From Ascidiella aspersa (Eukaryota): a stretch of DNA of 64,000 nucleotides. Shown here one piece after another: positions 10,701 to 22,700 of this stretch. The notes beneath the pieces were generated by a model that did not search any database, was not told the DNA's origin, and was given only the letters and a program-made list of their open reading frames with translations. The position numbers were made by a program, and so were the translations under genes. The DNA is taken from assembly GCA_963924565.1 (NCBI GenBank), contig OZ004611.1, positions 23,870,001 through 23,934,000 on the forward strand, in the 5' to 3' direction. Position 1 is the first letter of the stretch. The number at the start of each line of letters is the position of its first letter.

Positions 10701-13700
10701 TGATGGAGGGTCATCCAAAAACCGGATACCTGTATTTCCGTGATAATACAGGAGGAAATTATCTCCCGATGCTTACGCCCCCTCAAGGTCTTTTCTCCTT
10801 TCAGGAACTTAGCCCTTAACAATAAGCAAATCCGCATCTTAAAGATAACGGCGAAAGATTAAGTCACGGCATTGCTGCAATCGACTAACCAGCACATAGG
10901 GACCCCGGTCGCAATTTGCCTGCATTATTGATAACCGGGCACACTGCGTCACTAACCTCAATCGTGAACCAGCAAATGCAGAAGGTTTCCACTACCCAGA
11001 AGGGATTGTTGGCGAACTGGCGCAACCGCTGGATGGTCACCGTCGATGTGATGTTGGAAGAGTTGGTCACCGTCATGTTGAACACTCGACTGCAACGTAA
11101 CGAACAACAGGCGTTTGTTTTCTCTTTAATTTATAAAACAATGGATCTTTTGGTGCCAAGATCCTCTTTGCTCGATTGTTGAGCAACTGTGGCGGGTATT
11201 TTCCGCAGTTATGTGTTCTACGCCTGAAATATGTACCAATATTATCAAAGCCCATACAGAAGTAGGTATCATTTTGAACGTTTCGAATCACTGTTTATTC
11301 ATTTTCAACATTGATGTATAACAGCCTCACATTTTCTCCAAACCGACCTATAACTTAGACCTGTTTATCCACTGAGAAACCTGTAATTGGTCTCCAGAAA
11401 TAACAGCCTCACATTTTCCCCAAACCGACCTATAAGTTAGACCTGTTTCTCCAATAGTGAGTGTCCTTACCTGAGAAACATGTAATTGGTGGCGGCGTCG
11501 GGCGGCAGCGGACCACTGTAGTTGGCGGGCAGCGGCTTGTTCCACACGGTTTCGTTCACCTCGTCGATCACCCAGCGCCGCTGCAGGTCGGGCACCGTTT
11601 CCAGGCAAAAGCAGATGATGGAAAGGAAGATAACGGTGATGGAGACAACGGCAACGACCCGGGCCGGATTCGAGCTCTCCGGCTTCTCGAAGAGGATCCA
11701 GATAGATCGCTGAAGCTTGTTCTCTGGCAGTTTCTCGCGCGCCCGGGCCAGCTCCTGGGGGGAGAGGCCGCCGTCGCCCATTGCTCGGTACTCTTCCTCT
11801 AGAATCGGGGGAAAGGCACAAAGGTCAGCAAAGCTATCGTTTAGAATCGAAGTCATTTATCCCGAAAATGGCGACTTTAATAAGAAGAAATATAATTGCC
11901 AGATGAGCTGTGTTTTCTTGATTAATATTACGCTTGGCAACAACAGCTTATATTATGTTGAATTTAAATGTTTGGGCAGCCGGAAGTGGCCGCAATTTTC
12001 ATAGGGACCCATAGTATAAACTTCAAAGCAAAACAAAAAAAAATCATGGTGAAGTAGATTTGTTTGGTAGCATTTCCCAAGAGAGCATTTTTAACTTTCC
12101 TAGGATCAAAAATGTTCCATACAGTGTTACTAAGTGGGATCGCGGATTACTGTACAAAACGTATAGCATTGGAATCATCTGTGCGCAAAAGTGAGGGGAT
12201 TCGATGCAAAGAGAAAAAAATAAGTTTATCCTGCAACAAACCCTGGTTTTAAGCGGGTTTGCAATCGATCTACCTACCGAATAACTTATCCAAGCTGTGG
12301 CTACCGGGGTATGAGTTTTTTTTTACTACAAAACAAGTAGATTTTCATAACATCCCAACAGCGTATAAACTTTGCCAGAATCAAAGTCATTACACACAAT
12401 GCTCCGCATCAAGTGTAATCGCGGATTTCTGTACAAAACATAATAGCAATGGTAATGTAGCTTATTGACCTTTAGGAAACTATAAATTTCCAAGCTGTAA
12501 GCAACCTATAAATTTTCAAAAATCTTACATCTGACCGTTTACGCTTTACACATAGACCACTTCCTAAACAACAGCGCCTAGTGGCTACTGAACTAATTTT
12601 AGGGGGTCCATGAAGGTAAATTGAAATATTAGTGTATAGTTAAAAATCTATTTTTCAAAGAAAAGAGTTTAATTGAAAATCAAACAGTTAAGCTCTGAAT
12701 GTATTTTTTACTCCATTTTGCTTAAAACATCAGCAGGTTTCTGAAAGTCGATTTAATTGTGACGTCATTTTTGACAACTTCTTGTGTGCCGTGGTTACAT
12801 AAATAAATTTAGGGGTCCGCGGTAGCTTTGAGGATGTTAAGTAAACCAGGGGCCGACGCCTAAAAGCTCGGATGCTGCTGATAAAGGTGACGTGCTTATC
12901 AATCATGCGCCTGTCAGACCTGCCCCCCTTCGAAGGGCCTTTGATTTATATAGATCAGGCTCATTAGGCGTCGAATCGCGATCCCGGTTTGATTTTGTGC
13001 CCCCGCCGTGCTTTCGCTTGTGCAAAGTTAAGGGATTTTTCTTGTAGTCTTATATCCTGGCAATCGATGCGCCTGCAAAAGCAGCAACGGCGCAAAACCC
13101 ATATCTACCCCGGCTGCAACCCTGATCCACCAATCGATAGCGATTTCTTTCACGCTGAGACTTCCACTTAATAATGAAAAATAGGCAATCAGTGGGCCGC
13201 TACTTCCCTAAGCACAAAAAGAGAGAAGGCAAGAGTGAAAAAAGAGACGCTACACCGAGGAAGGAACTTATTTTCGCCGCTTTCGTAAGGGCAAATAAGC
13301 TTCGGTATCGATCTTTTTAGGTAAATACAATAGATTATATTTAGCGTCCGAAGTCTTGCTGTTTACCGTCGCTGTCACATCCAGCTTTTTAAAACAGGCG
13401 CCTCCCGTACGGTCAGCTTCGAAATTTAATATATTAACGAAAAAAAAAACTACCGATGGACGCCATTGCTCAGTGCTGTGTAGTGTGTATGTCCGAAAGG
13501 GTAACGTAAATATAGAGATTGATGTTTAATTACCGCGATTTTTTTATCGAAAAAAAAGCTAAAATCTAATCAAACGATATTTTATAAATTTAAAAAATAT
13601 TGGTTATTGTTGTATGCAGTTTAAAAAAAAGTTTAAAATAGTGTTTATAAAAAAAAGACCTGTTAATAAATAACCCCGTAAAAATCTAGGACCACAAAAT

Positions 13701-16700
13701 AACATACCCAGACTATTCACGAAAAAACGGTCATTTTATAAACAGGCCATAAAAAAGCATTATCTTTTAAACGGGATTCACTTCGTATTAACGCAATTTT
13801 GAAAACTGTAACGATGTTGTTTTGAACATTTACAATGCTTTGGGCCAGGCACTTTGAGTATCACACATGGTTATCCACGAAAAACAGGTAAACAATTAGT
13901 ATTTTTTGTTTTAGGCTGAATTTTCAACTTATAGTTTCCTCAGAGGCTTTGTCATTATAAATGGACGCTAATCATAGACGTTTATACCGGATGGCAAAAG
14001 CGCTTTTCCAACATATTTTATCCCACTACAGTGACTTAACTATATACGTCATCACGTGGTTGTAGTGGCAATAAATCAACAACAAAAACAACGAATTACA
14101 TTACAGATTTAGTATAAATGAATTCGGCCAGTGATATATTATAGAATAGTGTTGCTGTGGCAAAGCCATCTATGTTTTTCCGATCGTGGCATCACGTGTA
14201 CTGTATGCCTGGATTTCCAAACGATGGCCTTCTACCCCCTTAGTAGGCCGCGATAATACAATTCATTTTAATTAAATTATTAGCCAGTTAAAATCAAATT
14301 TGTTGCTTTTATTTTGACTTCAGCGACCTTTCTTGTGACGCTTCGCACATAATTTTTTTAAACGTGAACAAGGGACATAAAGTGCATTTTGGGAGACAGG
14401 CTCCAAGGAATAGGTCCGACTAACTGAAAACTTCGACACAAAATCTATTAAATACCCTAGAGTATTTGTGATAAAATGAAAGAGCACCCACAATTTATAT
14501 AGTCTTACAAAAAATAGCTTAAAAACGCATTTTATCGCGCCCCACTTGAGTACCTTCAAATATAAAGCCTTCGATTTCTTGATATTTGGACATGGCTTCG
14601 GTTCCGAGTTGGAAAAACTTGATTTCGTCCGCAAAGACGTCCACGGGAACGTCCAACGGTCTTCGGAGGCGACCGCCGCTCTAGAAAAATATGTATTTTA
14701 GTTCATGAAAGAGTTTTTTTAGCTTAACAACAAAAATAGCCAACTGCGGTTGTCCGATCGAATACCGAACGGTTTAAAATAAGCCAAGTTGCTTAAATTA
14801 TAAAGCGCAATGGCAATAAGGCTTAATTTATTTTCAATCAGCACCGATACGAACCGACCGATACCGATACTATCGCTTGGTATCCTGATAGGTATTATCA
14901 GATTTTTAATAGACCAAATGATTTGGATTAGCCCAACTTGATGGCAGTGAACTATCAGCAACACATTTTTTGACACCTGGCCTCCATCCTAAAAGACAAT
15001 GAGAACTTTAGGATAAAACACTCTGTTTTTCTGAGAAATTAGAACAGTCCGCATTAGCGCCACATTGCAAGGCAAAACGTGAATAAAGATGGAGAGAGAG
15101 CCGAAAAGTTGCCCGCTCTCTCCTTCCAAGACAGTTTTATTTCACCGGCCCGGGAATCGATGGCTGACTTTGCAAGCGACCGCGTGACAAATCAATTAAA
15201 TCAACAGCAATGAATAAATTATAAGCGGCTGAAACTAACTACTCGCCGAGTGGCTTCGAGTAGAGTGGCCCCAGCCTTTGCGGTAACGGCAAATGGTGTT
15301 CGTCGGCGCGGCTTCGAAGTCGGATACACGCGCTACCCATTATCCGTTCCGGCCCTAATTTCGTCGCCATGTAAACGCTTAAAACACCGTTGGAAAAATC
15401 ACGCCGAAACAAGCGCCTTTCAATAGTGCAGGGTTTCTTAACCAGGCTTGCTCGCACCTCCAAGGGGTGCAAAAACTGTTCCAAGGGAGTTTGGGGATAC
15501 TGAATTGGACACAGAACTAACTCACATTTTGGTATTGTGGAATTGTGTTCAGTTGCTTTTTTATAAATAAAATTACAAAGGTTTTGTTATTTAAGCAATT
15601 CTAAAAGGTGGTGCGAGAATTGGTTGGCGATTTGAAATGATTTTTAAAATTGTTTTTAAAGTTCGGCATGTTTATTGTTTTAATTGAAAAAAGAAAATTA
15701 GTTTATAATTTATTAAACAGCGTTTCTGAGCAAATAAATCGCGGGTTGCTTTGCATTTGTAGTTGAGGCAAGATAAGTGTCCTTAATTTGTGAATTGTGG
15801 ATCACAATAGGTTAAAATATGACAAAAAATATCGAAATGTTTGATGCTCAGGAAGATATACAAATAAGTGTCGTCTTTTGTAACATTTTCTGTAGAGCGC
15901 ATTTTAAATAGTTAATCTGAACTAATCCTTTTGCAGTATAAAGCAAGTAAATGAGTTGACGCATTTATACCCCACTTGTTTGAATATGACAAAACATATT
16001 TTCAAATGCATAGCGGTTTTATTGTAGTTAACTCTGCAGTTTCTATGCATCGTTTCTCCTGATATAAAGAGCGTCTTTCAAAGATCTTTTGTTTTATCCA
16101 TTATAGCAGGGGGTCCTCACCTTTTTTTCAATCTCCCCAAAATATTTTTGCGTGGATCGTTGTCGGCAAGAAAACTATAATCCCTCCACCTTTTGATATA
16201 TAGGCTACACTTATATTCCCATGTCTTTGTGGAACCCAAAAACTATTTCATACACTCTAAGTAGTCCACAGACCTAAGTGGTCATAAAATAGGTGGTTTG
16301 GAAGAAATACTGATACGAAACTCCTAACTTAGCGTCCGCTTCAACTTATTTAAAAAAAGCATTTTCGACAAAATTAACGTTTCTGATACTCTTTTACATT
16401 TTTTTGCCTTCTTTAAAATAAAGCACCAATCAGATTCAAGAAAAAATGCCGCGAATTTGTTACGTCTACCGTACGACTGGAAATTCAGAAACTCTTTTGT
16501 CTATGCTTCTATTGATTGGGCTAAGCACATTAGTGCTTTAAATAAGCTTGCGTTATCCGAATTCAATACATCGATGAGCATACCACCAACTAAATATCCT
16601 GCAGGTAATTCTATTACGAACACAATTGTTATCCATCGCAAAGAATAGTTTTATACACGGCCCATTACAATGTAATTAATCGCTAATTTCGCTATTTTTA

Positions 16701-19700
16701 AATTCAACAATCAACGATAAAGCGAGGTGTGAAGACAAATGAGTCTTCTTTGATCAGCAAATGTTAAATTCTACATGGAATCATAGAGTTGTTTAACAAG
16801 CAAAACCACAGTTAAACAAAACATGTAAGGAACGGGGTTAAGAAGTTTGAGTAAATGCTTAATTAGCTTGGTTGAACTGTATTATGCGTGACAGCTTCTT
16901 AAGATTTTATATCAAGATAGGAAAAATATTGACCTAAATATTTGATGCAAGAAAAGCACGATTAAAGATATGACTTGATGAGTTGTTTCGCACATTACCT
17001 TAACCCAGGCCACCTTAACTCATTTAAAAGCGTGAAATTTTGTCGTACGTGAGAAAGTCCGTCAAACGGGATTGTTTCGGCGATAACGCGTAATTTACGC
17101 TAGTTTTTCGACTGGTTAAAATTTAAGCCCCTGACCGCACGTATAACATCAAACGATTAAGATATATAGATCATTTCGAAAAATCCGAGTAAATTCATTC
17201 GTACAACTTCCTCAAAGTCGATCACAACATTGAATGCAGTTATTTTAGTCTTTACAACACTGCCGCAGGGTTACATGTACGACGTATGACTTGCTGCATA
17301 CAGTCCATACCGAAAGAGAGTTGGGTATATAGTTCTGTTTCGTGCACATGGGGTGACACGAAACAAAACTGTTTTCTTTGAATACACCATCACCGTGTTG
17401 GAAAACCGCACACTCCTTCACCGTGTTCGAAAGGCCACCACACCAAGGCAGGGTAAGATAACTGCTCGTGCCAATCATTTTAAAAATAGTCGCTTTTCCA
17501 GGTCCAACAAGCAATGTGTGGTCGCCTCAGACCGCAAAACAGCCAGGCAGTTTAATTATAGTCGCCGTGAACCCGGTGTGCTATTAATCAACTCACACTT
17601 ACGCTGTAAACGCAAAATACCGGTGCTGATTGGTCTGCAAAGAAAGCCCAATGTCGTATCATGGCCAATGAGCAGCATTACGCTATGCGCCTGATGCATA
17701 CGTTTTGCCGTCCCAGTGGAATTAAACGCAGACGCCGTCCAGGCCAAGACCCCCTTTTTATAGAACGCTGGTCCCCTCGGGGGGCAACGGCTTTCATCGC
17801 GTGTAAAATGTTTTCCAGTTAGATGTCGCAAACTCGTGGTGCTGAACGCTAGTAACTACTATCGGTTGCGTAGCCTCTCTACTACACAAACTCGTTATGT
17901 AACACGTAATGACTTGGAATTGATTTGCTATATGACGATGACTTGTAGGCAACTTGACTTGCATAAATAAAGACTTTGATTTGGACTTGTTATTAATTAA
18001 AAAATCTAAAAGTGACTTGACTTGGACTCTAGTTCAGTGGTTCTTAAACTTTTGGAGACACGCCCCCTTTTACAATTCAAACAAAACTCGCGTGTTTCAA
18101 ATTCAAAAAAGAATAAAGCAGAACAGCAATTTATTTCCAGATAAGTTGCAATATTGCGAAGGATGTAACTGTTTTTTTTAATACCAAATATTTAATTCGA
18201 GGATCAGTAGCAGGGAACTATCACTTCGTCTTAATGTTTAGTCATAATTCAAACAGAGTTTGTCAATTACTCGCGCCCCCCTTGTGAACCTCACACGCCC
18301 CCCCCCCCCCCCCCCCATTCGGGTCAAAATACTTTGATTTAAAAACATTGACTTAAGTGCACTAAATTCAAGTCAATGACTTGAGTTATTACAACACTGG
18401 TTTACAGTACCACATCACTTCGTGAAAGATAGCCTACACACATACGTGTTGAACAACTGTGATTTGGAAAACTGCTCAAATATAGGTCTTAGAAAAAAAG
18501 CTTAACACAAGCGAACCTGGTAAAAGTGCAATATGGCGTCGAAGGAGGGCCGGCTCCGGTCGAAAAAGTACTGGTCGCGGGTCGGGTCGTAGAACCGCTT
18601 GCGCTTCTCAGGATGGCCGAGCAGCGTGTTGGGAAACTGCTGCAGCGTCTTGTTTTGCGTCTCGTACAGCTGGCCCGAGATGTTGATGACTACTCGCAAG
18701 CAGCAACCGCAGTTGGTGCCGCACGCGTGGAAGTTGCCGCCATTGACGTCTGTAGAGAGCGAGAGATCTTTTTATATTGTGTTTTTTTGCGTTTGCAGAA
18801 CTACCCTCGAAAACAGAAGCCGTAATCGTCGGTCAAAACGCAGCTTCCGAGGGGCTAGGTCACAGTTGTTATTCAAACACATATGTGTGCGTGTCTTTCT
18901 TAACTCCGATAAATTATATAGTTTGGGTGATAGTATCTGTACTAGGAACATCAGACACTTGATGTTTCACTCCAATACCGATACCCGATGTTTTGAAAAA
19001 AAGGTATCTCGATCCGATTCTATAGCAAATGACGTCATTACTATGCTCAAAAAGAATTGATCGGGTAAATGCTTCTCAACATGAAAGTAAAACTATTGTG
19101 TATTTAGCCTTTCTAGCCTTTAACAAGTCATATTGAACTAAAGATATTCTATTTACAAACAAACACCAAGCAAAATGTGGACTATTTTAAGCCAAACTCA
19201 AAAAACTATTCATTTTAACAGGGAGACACAACGTTTAATTGTGCTGTTGAATAATCAAAGAAAAACTAAAGCAGCACTTAGAAAGAATTAGTCCAAATAC
19301 GGTAGACATTTTGAGAACAAATCTAAACAATATATTAAAATAGGTTAACACTACTGTTTTGATCTCATCAAGATTGTAATACATTTATTGTTATTAGCCG
19401 TGCCACATGACATCCAGAATTAACGTTTTCCTACATTATATTACCTGTAAATTAATTTATGTCAGTCAGTATTTTTGTTTTTGTCATTCACCTTTGGTGT
19501 TGAGTGTAGTGCAAAATTAAATTAAAATTATGTTCTTTGGCGAATCAGGCATCTGGTCTGTGGTGGGTTAAAATATTTTTATTAAAATAAATGTACTGCA
19601 ATATCGACAAACACCACCTATTCAACGTTGGCCGAGAGTAATTGAAGTGGTACAAAGCCGCAAGCACAAATACAAGTGACAGACAAATGCACCGAGCCTC

Positions 19701-22700
19701 GGCTTTTCAGTTCCGCTTTCGCGCCTCCCATTACAAGTCGCTGATAAGCTAATGAGCCGCCGACAACAACCCGGTCTCATCAAATAATAATAACCCTGCG
19801 ACCTTGCGCCGGGCGAAAACGCCTCCAAGACCCGAGCAGTAATTAACACTCGGGCGTATATACCTATAATCAGCCGCCGGGTCGATGTGTGAAACAACTT
19901 CTGGAGTAAACCCTTACTATTCGGTTCGGAAATAAACTGTGTTGTTAACAATTCATTTTAAACTGACATAAGTCCCAAGTCATTTGTAAAATAACTTAGC
20001 TCGAAGTCAAGTCGTTTTGAATTAACAACAAATCCTATATACAAGCCTTCAGCTGCCCATGTTATGTTAACTTTAAGTCACGTCCTTGTCATAAAAAAGA
20101 AACTTAAACTACTGAGATTGTTAAACTCGCACGATTAAAAGCAACAACTAAACTAAAAAATAAGAACAACGCAACAAATAGCAAGCAAATTAATTAAGTG
20201 CAAAATAAGGGTTAATAGCTCAAGTTTACAAATAAATGCTGAAGGAAAACACTTTACTTCAAACCAAGTCATTTGTCCAAAAGACTTAATTCAAGTCAAG
20301 TAATTTGTCGAAAAGGCTTATATTAAGTCATTGACACTTATTATCAATGAAAGAACATTTTTTTATCTTAAAAAAGGTCAAACCTTGGTCAAAGTTTACG
20401 GTATGTAAATATATTTCAAATTATATCCCGAAGTCCGAATCGTTGACAACGTTGTCCTTGTGTCTTAAAGGTCGGATTCTCAATATTTTACGCTTTTGCT
20501 TATTTTCGTTAAGCATACATTTGTTGTTTAAATTTGTTTTTCTATTTTGTTTGTTTTTTCGTAGTCGAAAATTGATTTACTTCATCGCTAAACTTGGTTA
20601 CAGTATATAAGTTTAAAAAAATACATCACTTAAAATAAATTGATGTTTCAACTTATATTTATCAACATAAAACGCCTGACCAACAACACACTAAACCCCC
20701 CATCCAATCGAAATTGCCCCCCCCCCCCCCCCACACTCCACTCGCCAGCCGCAAAAACGCGCGCAAACATGTTTGGTGGCTTGGTCCAATCGCGTCCGCT
20801 CTATGGGTCCATTTGCGCGCGCTGGCCGACTTAGTTATATCGCGCTGCTGCGCTGAAAGAATCTGGCGCGCGATTAGTGAACCCAAGGTGAGCGGCGCGG
20901 CTCCGGCAGCCGCCATTAGGCCGGGGCCTAATTCAATTTGCGTGCTCGCTGGAAATTGTGGCGATTCGCGCGACGCCCCGTCTTGATAGAAAACAATTCT
21001 CGACGCAGTAATGCTTTTAGCGACGCTATTGGGGGGGTGAGGGGTCTGGGTACTGGTGGTGGAGGAGCTTGATTGGGACGAAATCGAGCCGTTGGGCTTG
21101 GCGGGGTTCTATTGATCAGCCAAGGAAACGGGAAGATTGCTTTTTCATTCTGCGGCCGAAAGCGACTCTTATTTCCTTACTATACGAAAACAATCGAATA
21201 ATTTCGTCTGGTTTGGAAGGTGGTCGCTTTTTAAGAGACTATACAGTACACGCTGCTGTCCTTATTGCAAAATCTGGCGACTCGGGTGAGTAATGAGTCA
21301 TACGCGTCGGGCACTCGGTTATCCGTTTGTTGTGACGCCATTTATCTACTTGTTGTTTTTGTTAATGACATCGTTTTGCCTATGGGGTTTTATGTAAACA
21401 CGTATACAAGTTTTAATATTATGTTATCTAGATCTATTACACTCGTTTTAGACATTTAAAACGAGTTTGCCAAGTTTTTCTGTCCTGTTTGAAGACAAGA
21501 TCAGCGTTGTGTTACTAGTCAGTTCTCTATTAATTTTCATGACCTGTTTTTACAAAGTCCTATGTTGTTTCGCTTCGTATATGGCACACTATTATGTTGG
21601 AGATAACGGGAAAAAGTTTACTTATACATCATTTTCTGGATTTGAAACAAAAGAAAGTTGTACGTTTGAATCGACATATTTATACGGAACTTAAATTCCA
21701 ACATAATATACACGCTTGATATAGTGGTATAGGCGCTAAAATTGTGTTGTTCAAACAAACATAAATGAAAAATCTAATGTCTTGTCCCTAATAGGCACAT
21801 CGGTTGCTGGTTGTACCTTAAAATTTTTATTTGTACCGCGTATTTGTGAACTATTTCGTACGACAAGCTACGTCGACAAAACGGAAATCATTTTTAAACT
21901 TGAAAGATTTTGGGTAACCTTTATGGATGGCTAAAGTTACACTTGCATGGCACCGACAGAAACAGCAAGAGGCTAACATAATAAAACTAGAAATCGATTT
22001 CTTTTAAAGTCGACATCGCAAAGCCTCAAGCAATTATTGTTTTGCAAATGACATTGTCAAAGCCGGATTCAACAGGCTTGACTGCCACAGGATCTAATCT
22101 ATGTAAAGTGGCCTAAACTAACAAACTGTATGTCAGTGCTGGGCAGTTTTGTAGACAAAACAAGCTGCTGCTGAAAACCTTAGAATTCAACTTAGGTAAC
22201 AATATTCCTTAGGCTACCGTATTGTTTTTTTATACGTATTTTCGCCACCACATAAAATTTCTACCGCCTATAGGCAGAATAAACGCTGGAAGATAGGTGG
22301 ATAAGAGATTTATCTAAAATTCTTTTTTTTTAATGTTTAACTTGGCTTTATATATATTTGCACGTTTGATTAGATAAATGTGTTTGTCTGGAATCATTCT
22401 TAAACATCCGTTTGCTGTGCCAAACATAAGCATAAAGATTCAAATACCAAAAGTACCACCAGATATCTCTCGACTTAAAAAAACACAAATGAAAACTGCT
22501 ACGAAAGAAAACACTCATTTCATACAACGCACTTATTTAGCAATTAAAAAAAAACATTCTGTGTCTCAATTTTATGTGCATTTTTAATGTTTTACAAAAT
22601 TTGCCTATAACACCCTCCTAATTTCGTTTCAGGCAATAGTATTAGTGTTTTGCATAAAATAGGTTTTGTGGCGTAAGACAATGTTATGAGATGCAGTTCA

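Noticed and set aside
17835-17846. TTCAGCACCACG, the left half of a REST/RE1 site, in a Kv1 intron
   Set aside because: The right half-site (GGACAG) is missing.
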